From positions 868,001 through 932,000 of the forward strand of contig BROI01000001.1 in assembly GCA_027923505.1 (NCBI GenBank): a stretch of 64,000 nucleotides of DNA. The letters run 5' to 3'. Below, piece by piece: positions 45,401-56,312 of the stretch. The stretch's first letter is position 1; the number at the start of each line of letters is the position of its first letter. A program made the translations under genes and the position numbers. This stretch comes from Mayamaea pseudoterrestris (Eukaryota). The notes beneath the pieces are model-generated. The model did no database searches. It had not been told where the DNA came from and saw only the letters and a list, made by a program, of their open reading frames with translations.

Positions 45401-46497
45401 ATCTTTGGCAAATGATCAAAGATTGCCGAAACTGCCGACGCAATACTTTCCAGCGTCGTGGCCGACTGCAAAACGTCCAAGGGATACTGCTTTAAAAAGG
45501 TTGTGACATCCGTCGTGACAACAATCGCCTGCTCCATGCCAGTGTTGTTTTCCAGTGCCAGCGTTGCGACGAAGCGCTTGGCCTCGCGGAGCAAGCTGCA
45601 CGTCATTTCCACGCCGGGGCTCTTGAGTTGATCCTGAATGCTGGCAAGGCCGCTCGAAAGCTGGTTCCAGAAGGCAATTTCTTCAAATGCATTTTCCGGG
45701 AACGGAGTTTGCTTGGTCAATGTTGTGAGACGGCGAATCTGAACAATATAGTCGTTGACTAATCCTTGGAGGGAATTCAAAAACTCATCGTCATCTGGAC
45801 GCGTCCCATCCAGCAAGACGGACCAATCCGTGAGAGCCGGGTTTTGTTTCTTTCGCAACACAGCAGCCTCAATGACTGGATGAATCTCCAAAACAACGTG
45901 AGGCAATCTCGTCGACATGCTAGTTTGCTGCAGCGCAACGTCCAATTGCCGAAGCTTTTCCTGCAGATTGGTTTCATCCTGCGCCATGCTTTGAATCGTT
46001 GGTAAAAAGCATTGGCGGGTAAACAAGTGCAAACTCTGCAAGACAGTGCTGTTGCTTCGATCCTGAGGCGCCGCATGATCCGTCGGAAGCGTCATGCACT
46101 GCAACTGGTGCTTGGCGATAACCGGGCCTTCCACATTGTGACAAAATACCAGCGAGGCAGCGACACCGCCTGATGGATGCTCCAAGCTACAGCAAATGGT
46201 TTCAGTTGGTAGATCATCGGGTTCATTGTTGTTGCTGTTGCTGTCCGTCAAGTAAATGAACAAATGACGCTGATTGATTTCGGCCTCATTTTTGAGAAAA
46301 GCGTCAACCGTTTCGTCAAAAGACGCATCAAATGATCCCTCCAAGTGGAGCTCGCAGCAAGAGCTGAGTAGAGAGAGAGAAGGGTTAGTAAAAGCACATT
46401 TATCAGAACGAGTCGTCTTTAGCAGCCAAAACTATACAGCATGCAGCATGAATGAGCGAGAGACTCACCGTATGTAATCACCCGGTCCAAGCGGCAT
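33468..46497 (-). CDS. DYNC1H1: Cytoplasmic dynein heavy chain (dynein-1 type), 7 exons, 4187 aa
   Basis: Exons 46497-46469, 46363-44842, 44760-40710, 40639-40574, 40507-39087, 39011-37038, 36968-33468; all introns GT-AG; total 12564 nt in frame. P-loops GPAGTGKTE, GPPGSGKT, GDSGVGKT; GAWGCFDEFNR; stalk/MTBD; tail motif RGIPPVAGKILWAKQ. Confidence 0.95.
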
Positions 46498-46855
46498 GAT
46501 TGCTACGGGACCAGTTGCCTTTCTCGTTCTTTGCTATTGTTATTTCTCTTTCTTATTTCCGTCAAGTCTTTGTAATTCTTGATCCACAATCAGCTGCGTG
46601 TCTTCGTTCGGCTTGAAGGATCTCGTCTCATCATCATGGTGGAACGCGGCACCACAGGATCGAGTCGAGTCCCGGAGTGACGAGTTGGATCGACAAAGAT
46701 CCATCGCAGCGGTTCTCACTGTTTGGTATCGACACCATGGAGAATCTTAATGCTGCTTTTGCCTCCAATACTCGTCACTACTTTACATTGCTAAACTGCT
46801 AAATGTAACAACATTGCATGGCTACCCAAAGAAGACTTAAAGTTCCAATGCCTAC

Positions 46856-49000
46856 TTAAGGACAGACGGCGTCAATTTGCAAGTCATCCATGCCAATCAA
46901 TGACATCGTCGAAGAGTCATCACCATTTTCGTCACGCACCAATCCGAGAGTCAAACGACCATGTTCCTGGTACCAGTCGGAAGGCACGACAAGCTCCATG
47001 CGTGTACTAGCATGCGTTGACTTGTTGCTGCTACCAACATTGCGGCGCTGCTTTAGCTCAATGTTTCCAAAGAAACCAGTTGCATTGGTATTTCCAACCT
47101 CTAAGCCATAATCATTGACGCGAAACTGCCAGGGATGAACCGACGACGACGACGAACTCGATAATGGATGATCGTAAATGGTGAAGCAAACTTTGAGCGC
47201 CAAAGCTTCGCGCGGAACAACGTACGTCTTGGATGTTTCACTGCCAGACGGAGCCAGATAGTTCTTGCCATTGTAACTGCGTTGCTCGCCGTACAGCCAG
47301 TCGCTGAAAGCTTCGAAACGTTCCTTCATCACCAGCTGCTGCGAGTTTGGATGATTGCGACAAATGGAAGCGGCTGCTGCGTCGCTGTCGCTGGTACTGC
47401 TTGGACAGTATGGATTGGCTTGGCATGGAATGCGCGTGACGAATGATTGAGTGTGACTTTCATCGTCATTACTCGCAAGACCACTGCAGCGACTTGGGAT
47501 GCTTGGATTAGATCCATTCAATGACCCATCTTGAGCATAGAGGGTCACGTCTGCGTATCCGTCAATGCACTGGGCGCTGTAGACGCCAAACTCTCCTGGA
47601 GGAACCGGAGAAAGGACATTGCAAGTCACGTCTCCTCCATTCGCATTCGTATAGTCCACGGCCATGTGACAGAGGGGCTGGTCCGATAGTGTTTGGGACG
47701 CGCTAAAGACGATTTGACTGCCATTGCTGCTGTATTCCAGTACCTGGATTGGACTCGCTTCAAAGTCTGACAACGAGCCCTCGAGAAACTCGATATCGTC
47801 ACTACAAGCAACGGTGGTCAGCGTTGGCGCATAAGTTGGAGCCAGACTGGGAGGTTCATCTACTACCTTTGACGTTGGAGCGTGACTAGGACTTGATGCG
47901 GCGGACGGAGCGCCGCTTTCCGTCGAGTCGCCTCCGCTGCAATCGGCCGTCATGATGAAGTCGTCGATTCCGACCGTCGACGCCGCAAAACCAAACGTCA
48001 AGCGACCCGTCTTGGCATACCAGCCAGATGGAATGTTCACAGTCACTTGATTAATCTTGTCTGAAATGGGAGTGGATTGGACGAACACGTCGCCGGCATA
48101 TCCTTCCAAATTATCTTCCGTTCCATCATCGTACACTGCATCAAGGTCGATCAGCGTATCTTCGATGCGAAGGACCATTTCACTGCGTGACTCCAGTTCC
48201 AAAGCTTTGAAAGCAATGGTGACGCTATCTGCTGTTGACGGAACAGCAAACGTTTTGGCCGTTTCAGTGCCCGGGACGAGACAGGTGCGGCCATTTTCTT
48301 TCGCGGACGCGCCAAACAACCAGCCGTCAACGTTGCCATTGCCAAAGGTTTCCGGCATGCCAATGACCTTTTGTTTGGTGGTGCTGGCACAAGTTGGCGC
48401 AGGGCTGCAGCATTCTGGTTCCACGCGGCAAGGGATTTGGATGGTGTGCATGATTGTACCTGTGCCGGCTTGAAGCGGAGCGCAGCGTTCCGGCACCGTA
48501 TCAGCGTTTCCATTTGGCTGAAAAGTTTCGTCCTGCGCGTACACGGTGATGGTAGCAATATCGTTGACACAGGTGGCGCGGTAGACACCGACTTCCCCGG
48601 GAGCAACGGCATTTTGTACATCGCAGACCATGTCACCGTTTTTGCTCTCCGAGCTGTAATCTACAGCGACCTGGCACAAGGCGGAATTCACCCACGTTTG
48701 CGAGAAGCTAAAGACAACTTGGTCTCCGTTGGCGTTTAAAATCTCGATGGGCGGGTAGGCAAACTCGTTGAAGCTACTGTCGGATATGCCAAAATCGAGG
48801 TTGCATACGGGCTTGGTTGTGCTGGCCGTCGCCGCCAGAACGGGCGAATTTGAGGTAGCCTCAGTTGATGGAATCGCAAACGAGGCGGCAACTGACGGAG
48901 CCAACGTCGGAACCTCCTGCATGGAGCGCAAGCGTGCATTCACAGTTCCGGTAATCAGGGAGGCGACGATAAGCGACCAAAATGTTTTCATTTGCTTCAT
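46856..49000 (-). CDS. Secreted Cys-containing extracellular protein with a duplicated two-domain module and APS/APT linkers
   Basis: Signal peptide, then RLRSMQ. Two copies of PI(E/Q).L...VFS.SQT...LC..AVDY...C...V.PGE.GVY.A.C...YAQD...RC...IPC, each followed by E.F...WL(F/Y)G...K.(F/Y).VP...GRLT.G...G.DD...C. Confidence 0.8.
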   Translation of the reverse strand: MKQMKTFWSLIVASLITGTVNARLRSMQEVPTLAPSVAASFAIPSTEATSNSPVLAATASTTKPVCNLDFGISDSSFNEFAYPPIEILNANGDQVVFSFSQTWVNSALCQVAVDYSSESKNGDMVCDVQNAVAPGEVGVYRATCVNDIATITVYAQDETFQPNGNADTVPERCAPLQAGTGTIMHTIQIPCRVEPECCSPAPTCASTTKQKVIGMPETFGNGNVDGWLFGASAKENGRTCLVPGTETAKTFAVPSTADSVTIAFKALELESRSEMVLRIEDTLIDLDAVYDDGTEDNLEGYAGDVFVQSTPISDKINQVTVNIPSGWYAKTGRLTFGFAASTVGIDDFIMTADCSGGDSTESGAPSAASSPSHAPTSKVVDEPPSLAPTYAPTLTTVACSDDIEFLEGSLSDFEASPIQVLEYSSNGSQIVFSASQTLSDQPLCHMAVDYTNANGGDVTCNVLSPVPPGEFGVYSAQCIDGYADVTLYAQDGSLNGSNPSIPSRCSGLASNDDESHTQSFVTRIPCQANPYCPSSTSDSDAAAASICRNHPNSQQLVMKERFEAFSDWLYGEQRSYNGKNYLAPSGSETSKTYVVPREALALKVCFTIYDHPLSSSSSSSVHPWQFRVNDYGLEVGNTNATGFFGNIELKQRRNVGSSNKSTHASTRMELVVPSDWYQEHGRLTLGLVRDENGDDSSTMSLIGMDDLQIDAVCP

Positions 49001-49337
49001 ATTACTTCCTCGTTAGCAAAAGTTGCTTTGATGGAACAGACAATGGTAGTAAACTTCCAGTATGCACTCACTGTGTGTTGCGGGAAGATTCCGCCTCCGT
49101 GAACTATCTTGACCGATCTTCTTCTACTTGGGTCTTGCTTGTGACATTAGTTCCGGAATACGAACCCACGCAATCGTATATATCCTGTTGAACGACCACT
49201 TGGCTATGTACACGTTAAATGCTAACTGTAGCTACGTTTGATATCAATAATGAATCAATTTACAAGTACGGTACGGTACCTTACGCATCTGGCGGCGCTC
49301 CAAAGAATCGTGTCGTTAGATTATCAAAAAGCACTAA

Positions 49338-51251
49338 TTACACACATGTACAGGAGCAAGTGCAAGTCAATCCACAATCAACAACTGTCTCGGTGCTGCC
49401 GCAAAAGTCAAGAGAACCCGTAAAATTGTTGCCATCCAACCCAAGCTTGACAACTGACGGCAGGCCAGCAAAGCTTGGCAGCGGTCCGGTCAACAAGTTT
49501 GATGAAACGTTGAACGTTTTGAGTGGAGCAATCGACAATTCTGGTAAAGTGCCCGAAAGTTGATTGCCAGTAATGCCGAAGGCTGCCAAGGACGACATGC
49601 TTGAAACAGCTGCTGGAAATGTTCCAGTCAGCGCGTTGGAATCAAGCAAAAAATTGCTGCAAAGCGTCAAGCTGCCCACCGTCGATGGAATTGTACCGCT
49701 AAGGCCGCTACCAATAATGTTAATGACTGTCAACTGACTCCATGCTGACAAAATCGAGTCGGGAATAGATGATTGAAACTGATGATCGTTCAGGACAACA
49801 ACACTCATGTTTTTCAACTGATTCAGCGATTCAGGAATACTTCCCGTCAAGCCTCTAGTACCTGAGACACCCTTGATATAAAGTCGCGTCAAACCAGTCA
49901 GCATACTCAATTCCGCCGGTAGAGTTCCCGTCACATTGTTTCCATTAAGTTCCAGTGTTTGCAGCACTTGACCCAAGCTGCATACAGAGGTTACATCAGT
50001 TGCCGATGTATACCAGGTACATTCATCCTCCGTTGATTCCCAATTCGTTGCATCGATCCAACTGCTTGGTCCATTGGTACTGTAGTAAAAGACGCGCATC
50101 GCATAGCGCTGCAACAGGCGCGGCACGTCAAGTGCAAGGTTTTCATTTTGAACGCTGACAAACGCAAGGTTCTGTGGCGTGCCGTCCGTCAAAATGTCCT
50201 TGTCGCTGCCTGGAATTGATGTCAATATAGAGTCGTAAAGCGCTGGATTCGTCACAAGTGGAGGAACCGTTGGGGCACTCGTTGGGCGGAGCGTCAGTCT
50301 AGGCGCTCTCGATGGAGCAAAGGTATCGGTATTAAAAATAGGCGTTGGAGGCATGGAACTGACGGGCACTATTGTTGGAGAAGCGTTTGCAGCATTAGCC
50401 GCCGCTTCCTGATTATTATTTGCAAACACAACCGATCCAACAATTCCTCCAACCAATCCAGCCACTATAATGACAGCCAGTGTCAATCCCACAATCAAAC
50501 AAGTCAACGTATAGCGGAGCTTCTGCTCCTGCTCGGTCAGTGCTGTGCTTTTAAACGTTTTGCCGTCGCGCGTCTCCGAGTCCTTGACATCATGGTATTG
50601 CTGTTGCTGCTGGTGCAGCTCCATTTGCTCATGCGTCACGGTATGGTCATTGTCGTACTCAGCCGCCGCATATCCGGCCACCAGTGCAGCTCGCGTCGTT
50701 TCACTTTGAGCAGAAACTGCTTGGTCAATGACTGGATGCTGGTTATGCTGGTGCTGGTGAATACCAACGTTTGCTGCTGCTGGTGCTGCTGCGTCGTGGT
50801 AGTAATTTTGTTGCTTTAGCTGCTGCTGGCTTGCATCATTTTGTGCATGATCCATTTCCCCTGCCTTTGTCACCTCTTTCCTGCGACTCTTGGTGGGCGT
50901 CGTCGTCGCAACTCCAGCCTTGCGCTTGGCATCTTTCGTGGCATCAAAGACTGCCGGATGATTGACACTCTCATACTCATGTTCATTCCTTACGTTCATG
51001 CTCCCGCGATGCGACTCAACGTAGGCATCCGAATCCTTGCCGGAATCATCCGACCATCCGCCGTCGCTTTCGTACAATTCGTCTGGCGCGGCTGCGTCTA
51101 GTGGAGTCATGGATTGACTGTTGTGAGACGTCGTTGCAGTTGATTGGTAGTAGTAATCATCATTGTCATCATCATCATTTTCATCTTCTTGCTGCTCCCT
51201 ACTGGACCGCTTGCTGCGTAAGGTGGACCGCTTGGAGTAGTTGCGAGGCAT
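49338..51251 (-). CDS. Single-pass LRR receptor-like protein without a kinase domain
   Basis: Disordered N-terminus, TM segment LIVGLTLAVIIVAGLVGGIVGSVVF, Pro/Thr stalk, QRYAMRVFYYSTNG..W..NW...ECTW cap, plant-type LxxNxLTGxxP repeats. Confidence 0.85.
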   Translation of the reverse strand: MPRNYSKRSTLRSKRSSREQQEDENDDDDNDDYYYQSTATTSHNSQSMTPLDAAAPDELYESDGGWSDDSGKDSDAYVESHRGSMNVRNEHEYESVNHPAVFDATKDAKRKAGVATTTPTKSRRKEVTKAGEMDHAQNDASQQQLKQQNYYHDAAAPAAANVGIHQHQHNQHPVIDQAVSAQSETTRAALVAGYAAAEYDNDHTVTHEQMELHQQQQQYHDVKDSETRDGKTFKSTALTEQEQKLRYTLTCLIVGLTLAVIIVAGLVGGIVGSVVFANNNQEAAANAANASPTIVPVSSMPPTPIFNTDTFAPSRAPRLTLRPTSAPTVPPLVTNPALYDSILTSIPGSDKDILTDGTPQNLAFVSVQNENLALDVPRLLQRYAMRVFYYSTNGPSSWIDATNWESTEDECTWYTSATDVTSVCSLGQVLQTLELNGNNVTGTLPAELSMLTGLTRLYIKGVSGTRGLTGSIPESLNQLKNMSVVVLNDHQFQSSIPDSILSAWSQLTVINIIGSGLSGTIPSTVGSLTLCSNFLLDSNALTGTFPAAVSSMSSLAAFGITGNQLSGTLPELSIAPLKTFNVSSNLLTGPLPSFAGLPSVVKLGLDGNNFTGSLDFCGSTETVVDCGLTCTCSCTCV

Positions 51252-51562
51252 GCTGTAACGATCGAGCACCGTGACGGTGACAATTGTTCTTTGGAAAAAT
51301 GTGCGATCAAAATGCAGGAAAATATGAAAGAGAGAGGAATGCTTGATATCAAACTTGACTCCAATAAGATATACTCTTTAATTTTTTTATGGTAGTAGCA
51401 GCAAAAACGGCGCTTCGTCTCGACTGTTGGTCGTGTTAAAGAAGATGTTGTTCACTCGGATGCAAAACGCCGGTCATCATCGGTCACGCTTTTTAGTGCT
51501 CGTGATCAATCCGAAACCACAACATCTAGCTCGACCATTACTCTCTCCATTAGTTAATTGTC

Positions 51563-52069
51563 ATGAAGCATTCTATGAGTCGGACTCTGTGCTGCTTGCT
51601 GGTGCTTCTGTCGCCTACGTTTGCCGCGCGTCGTCACGACGAGACCCTCCGACAATTGTCGCATCACTGCAGCAACCTCCCTTCGACGAATGAAATTTCA
51701 TCTTCAAATACTGCCGAAGCGACTAAATCATCATCGTCATCACAATCTACTTCAATATCTACTTCATCATCATTACCATATGAATCACTCAGTATCCGCG
51801 GCGGAGGTTGGATCGTTCCAGCCGGCTGGAACCCACTGGGCTATCGCATCACGCCACTCGGCGAGGACTTTTTGAGTTTCCACGGCTCGTTGGAGTCGGA
51901 CTTGGGACGCTTTTTGGCGAGCCTCAAGACGCATCGCAAGCGCTACGGCACCATCAAGGAGCAGTGGCTGGAAGTGTTAAGGGTGAGCAAGACGGCGCAA
52001 AGTATGCGAGTCTATAAGCAGTTGAATGAGTTGGTGCAGTTTTGTTTAAAGGCAGGGTTGATTGATTAA
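51563..52069 (+). CDS. Signal-peptide protein with an IRGG motif, function unknown
   Basis: Hydrophobic N-terminus LCCLLVLLSPTFA, Ser-rich spacer, SIRGGG, then a globular-looking domain PAGWNPLGY...LVQFCLKAGLID. Confidence 0.65.
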   Translation: MKHSMSRTLCCLLVLLSPTFAARRHDETLRQLSHHCSNLPSTNEISSSNTAEATKSSSSSQSTSISTSSSLPYESLSIRGGGWIVPAGWNPLGYRITPLGEDFLSFHGSLESDLGRFLASLKTHRKRYGTIKEQWLEVLRVSKTAQSMRVYKQLNELVQFCLKAGLID

Positions 52070-52147
52070 TAAAGTATATGGATAGATATATTATATAGTT
52101 ACGGTAGTTTACTATGTACATATACAACTGTAATGATGTTTATGGTT

Positions 52148-54160
52148 CTACTGCGAGTCGTCCGTCGAGCCAGTTCCATCCTCCAGTATCCTTCCGTTGG
52201 TTTCCTCCAGTTCACTTTGATCCTCTACTATTTCAGCTTGGATGCTCACAGACTCTTTCGCTGGACAAGGATCAACGACAAGCCCATGCTTCTTCATTAG
52301 CAAGCGCAATCGTTCCAGCGCGAGATCAACATCATACTGGACAGCAAGCCTTGTACCAGTGAACAAGTGCACCGACCGCCTCGTTGTCACGATGAAGCGT
52401 TGCGCATCCAACGCCACAATGTCATGCACCGAGTAGGGTAGTCGGCATTCCCAAACTAGAGTGTACAATGTACTGGCATTGTCATTGTGAGTGCCACCAC
52501 TGCCATCATGATCACTGGTTCGTCCTTGTCCTTCAAAGACGCAGCATCGACCTGAAAGCGTCCCAATGTAGACAAAATTCTCGTGCGCATGGACCGCCAG
52601 TACAGAGTCTTCGGACTTTGATCTTTGACAGTAAAAGCCTTCAGCCACCATTTCGGGGTCGCTCCAAGTGTAGCTGACGTTTAAAGTGTCATTGTCCTGT
52701 ACATCAGTAGTTGACGCCGAACATGTCATGAAGAGTTCACAAACATATCCACAGAGCGATCCAACCACCAAGTGGACTTTATGGTCCGAGCGCTGCACCG
52801 CGTGTAGACAAACAATGGGGCCATCCACTGTGACGCAATGATGCGCAACGTTGCTGAACGTAAAGGGAACGTGCGACTCGTCACAATCCTCTGCTGCTGC
52901 TGCTGCTGCTGCATGTTTCGCCTGGCAGGCAAAGGTAACCATGCGAATCGTTCCATCTTGGCTGGCCATGGTCAAGCAAAAGGTGGCTGCATTTTGGTCC
53001 TGGTTGTCGTCGTTGCTGGTTGCGGCAGAGTCCGTCACAACATCTACCGGCTCGGTACTGGATGTGGCTTCTTCATTCGTATCCAGCAGGTGCTTACCAT
53101 GTTCATGTTTTAAACAAATGACATTGATTGCCATAATGGGCGAATCCATGTCAAAGGCATTGCTCAAGGGTGCATCGAACAGTAGCGAAACATCTTTGCA
53201 ACACACCAATCTTCCAACCGCATCATTGTCACCGTCTCCTCGTGTTCGTCGTTTTCGCAACGGATACCATAGCTGCAGGTAGTTTGTATCGGCGCTGCCA
53301 AGCCACAATAAGATTCTAGTTTCGTCGGTAGTATTGGCAGAATTTGTTTCCGGAAGCAACGAGAGCATTGGCGCCAATGGGCGCGTATCTGCGAGACTGG
53401 CGCGATACTCTTGGTTCGTCGTCACGTTTCGCAGTATGATCATGGTCAGTGGTTGTTGTTGTCGTTTCGTCGTCTGTGATGCTGCCGTTGTTGTTCTGGC
53501 TGCACTTGGAACGGCGGCACTCGCCATATTGCTGACAGCATCGTCACCATTTGGAATCGTGTCTAACGAACGTCGCAAAAATGACGACGAACTGGTGCGG
53601 TTGTCGTTTCCGTCACTCCCATGATGATGGTGGAGCGTGGTGAAAACGTCTCCGAGACTAGCGACGGGTGAATGCGTCGTCGCTGCCTGTGCGAGCAAGC
53701 GCGCCGGATCGTCACCGTCACCGCCGTCAATTGACTCTGGAATGGAGGCATTGGAAGTGGAAGCTTTCAATAGTGGCTTTTCTATAGCATTGTTTAATTT
53801 CTCCTTGTTTTCGGTAGTCGCAGTGGAAGATTGTCTCGCATTGTCATCAGTAGCTACCACTGCTTGATCAGCCTGCTGCTGCGACGACAGTCGACGATTG
53901 AGCAGCACCAAGACTTCCCAGTCGCCAATCGAGTCGTAACCAGTCACATGGTACGTTTCGTTTTCAAAGGCAACAAAGGACTTGCAGCTGCACTTGTCAA
54001 TGTCTTTGCGTATGACAAGCTCGAGGGAATTGAATTCCGTGGTGAGTCGCAGGTTACTCGTACTTGTTGTTGCTGCAGGCGAGTCAAGCGTTCGTCGTGC
54101 GCCCGTGTAAACCGTCGTCGGACTAGTCAGAGGCCAGGCATATGCTTCCCTATACTCCAT
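52148..54160 (-). CDS. Beta-propeller protein resembling kaptin (KICSTOR subunit)
   Basis: Motif order ASQDGTIRMV, VDGPI, LVVGSL, DSVLAV, IGTLSG, LVWECRLPYSV, IVTTRRSVHLF, LERLR parallels the kaptin C-terminal half as I recall it. The start (MEYREAY) is uncertain. Confidence 0.55.
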   Translation of the reverse strand: MEYREAYAWPLTSPTTVYTGARRTLDSPAATTSTSNLRLTTEFNSLELVIRKDIDKCSCKSFVAFENETYHVTGYDSIGDWEVLVLLNRRLSSQQQADQAVVATDDNARQSSTATTENKEKLNNAIEKPLLKASTSNASIPESIDGGDGDDPARLLAQAATTHSPVASLGDVFTTLHHHHGSDGNDNRTSSSSFLRRSLDTIPNGDDAVSNMASAAVPSAARTTTAASQTTKRQQQPLTMIILRNVTTNQEYRASLADTRPLAPMLSLLPETNSANTTDETRILLWLGSADTNYLQLWYPLRKRRTRGDGDNDAVGRLVCCKDVSLLFDAPLSNAFDMDSPIMAINVICLKHEHGKHLLDTNEEATSSTEPVDVVTDSAATSNDDNQDQNAATFCLTMASQDGTIRMVTFACQAKHAAAAAAAEDCDESHVPFTFSNVAHHCVTVDGPIVCLHAVQRSDHKVHLVVGSLCGYVCELFMTCSASTTDVQDNDTLNVSYTWSDPEMVAEGFYCQRSKSEDSVLAVHAHENFVYIGTLSGRCCVFEGQGRTSDHDGSGGTHNDNASTLYTLVWECRLPYSVHDIVALDAQRFIVTTRRSVHLFTGTRLAVQYDVDLALERLRLLMKKHGLVVDPCPAKESVSIQAEIVEDQSELEETNGRILEDGTGSTDDSQ

Positions 54161-54347
54161 GACTGGACAGGGATTTTTGATGAAAGCTTTGGTTTCTACC
54201 AGAAGCATGCATGCTGTGCCAGTCTCATTCGTTCCAACATCACGACACAACGTCCTATCGGTACTCATTATGGAAGAAGGAACGCGCAAGCCCACTCATT
54301 TTTTCTTCTGCAACTCGAGCCATCACTGGGACAAGGTGCTAGCTATT

Positions 54348-54851
54348 ATGAAACCATCTTCGCTGCAGACTGCGGTCGCTGTCTCTCAAGCAAAGACGGA
54401 AAAGGGTCAATTTGAGAATTGCTTTGCTAGCGGCCTTGACTTGTCGGAATTCAACACTCACAAAACGACAACAAAAACGACAACAATTACATCAGCATCG
54501 CACGCGCTGCTGCTCGTCAAAACCAAGGAGAAGGAGCGACTGGATCAGCAGGTTGCGGATGACGAAGAGATGAGTCGTCTGGTGAAGAAGCAGATTGATG
54601 GTCTGGCACAGAGCGCTGCGGTGAAAGCGGAAGAAAACGGCAACATGCGCGTTCCGAGGCCAAACTGCTCGTCGTCAAACAATAATGCGTCGAGTATGCT
54701 GAATGGAGTCGGAGGAGTCATGGATGCTTTGACTGGTATGCACTCTATTGACAAGCAAGATGAACGATACCAGAGCATGAAGAACAAGCGGCCTGCGAAG
54801 AAGACGCAGAGAAGCAAGCATTCACCTCGACAGCAGACGAAGCGAAGGTGA
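54348..54851 (+). CDS. Hypothetical protein with a basic C-terminus
   Basis: Open frame from MKPSSLQ, divergent from the preceding gene; K/R-rich tail suggests nuclear localisation. Confidence 0.5.
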   Translation: MKPSSLQTAVAVSQAKTEKGQFENCFASGLDLSEFNTHKTTTKTTTITSASHALLLVKTKEKERLDQQVADDEEMSRLVKKQIDGLAQSAAVKAEENGNMRVPRPNCSSSNNNASSMLNGVGGVMDALTGMHSIDKQDERYQSMKNKRPAKKTQRSKHSPRQQTKRR

Positions 54852-55241
54852 AGCTATAGCTATATACACTGGATTGTATTGCACGGCGCGGCGGTCCATT
54901 ACACCCTGCAATGGCTGAATGAATTATTGAAATTGGCGCAGTCGTACCGGCGTATTGGTGTACAGCATATGATCGAGCACGCTCAGTAGCGCCAGCACTA
55001 TTGAATGACGATTCATGCAACGTCGCTCTCTATGTTTTCAGCCATATCTTCAGCAGCGTGATCACATACCGACCATTTACAACTTTATTCATTATGTTAA
55101 TTATTTTCAGCAAGGATGACACTTGGTAATCGAGTGGGTACTATTGTATTTTAATCACATGGCCGCACCATATCGTAAAAGTCGTGTATCGTCAAAATAT
55201 GTCGCGCAGCTCTACATACTGCAGCTCGGACATCTGCAAGA

Positions 55242-55892
55242 TCAACCCTTCGTCCAACCACCAATGGCAGCAAAAATTTCGTCGCATCCCTGCTCGACTC
55301 GATTAGCTTCAATCCGCAGGCACATGTGGTTGGCGCAGTTTGCCTTGACCATTTCTTCGCACTTAACTATTCTGTCATTCTTTAGCTTTGTCATTCCCGG
55401 AGACAGCAGTTCCAAGTCTTGTAACGTTGGTGCAACTGTCACATGCAGTGCATCGCGGTTACATGTCAACGACTCTCGCACGAGTCGCTCGCAGGCCATG
55501 ACTCGCTGCTCGGTGAAGCCTCCAACAAGGTGCACCACAACATTGGCACCCTTCAAAACATCCTCCTGCCACCCCACCCAGTCTTGCCCAACAATATCCA
55601 GCAAGTCGCCGCCATCCCAATCGCGAAGACGAACGTTGCAATGTTTCGTTAAAAAGCCTTGTCCGACCCATCCAAAGTCTTGCGTGACGCGGGCAGGAGC
55701 CGACGCCAAAAACGAGTTGCGCGCCAAAATGACAACGTCATGATTGGCCTTGTCGCAGCGAGCGGCTACACCTTGGCCAATGGGTCCAGTGCCTCCGGCC
55801 AGGACGACTCGAAGTGCATCAACGCTGCTTGGCGTCACAATCACAATGATGTATGTGGTCAGCGAAAGAATGAGGCGATTGATCCATCGCAT
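55242..55892 (-). CDS. Signal-peptide protein with an NAD(P)-binding Rossmann fold (atypical SDR/epimerase-like)
   Basis: MRWINRLILSL...VDA/LRVVLAGGTGPIG (GxxGxxG), HDVVILAR, GANVVVHLVG. Confidence 0.7.
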   Translation of the reverse strand: MRWINRLILSLTTYIIVIVTPSSVDALRVVLAGGTGPIGQGVAARCDKANHDVVILARNSFLASAPARVTQDFGWVGQGFLTKHCNVRLRDWDGGDLLDIVGQDWVGWQEDVLKGANVVVHLVGGFTEQRVMACERLVRESLTCNRDALHVTVAPTLQDLELLSPGMTKLKNDRIVKCEEMVKANCANHMCLRIEANRVEQGCDEIFAAIGGWTKG

Positions 55893-56312
55893 TTGTAGAC
55901 GTATAGAATATGAGCTTGATCTTTGACGTCTCATATGATGAGCTTCAAAATGCAAGTGCGAATAGTGTATGCTTGATTTGTAAGGATGTAAGAAAGCTGG
56001 AGGGGCGAGTGGTCGATTGGCATGGAAGATCCATCTTGCAAATCTTGATGTCGTAGCGACGTCAACCGGTACTAACTTAGAAACGCTGCGACGCTCCCTT
56101 GCGCTCGCAACCTTGAATCTTTGCGTTCCATCACCATGCGTTTTACTGCATTGGCTTCCATTGCATCTCTGTGCTGCTTTGACTCTCAACGACGAAACAA
56201 CTGTAATATAGTTACAATACCTCCTGTTTATCGCAGGATTGTAGCGTTAACAAAAATAACGAAGAGCTGAGGCTTTTATATCCGAGGAATCTCAAATCGA
56301 TCACACCTCACA

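Noticed and set aside
33468..46344. Five separate large ORFs that could be read as a split or pseudogenised dynein
   Set aside because: All join in frame through canonical GT-AG introns into one gene.
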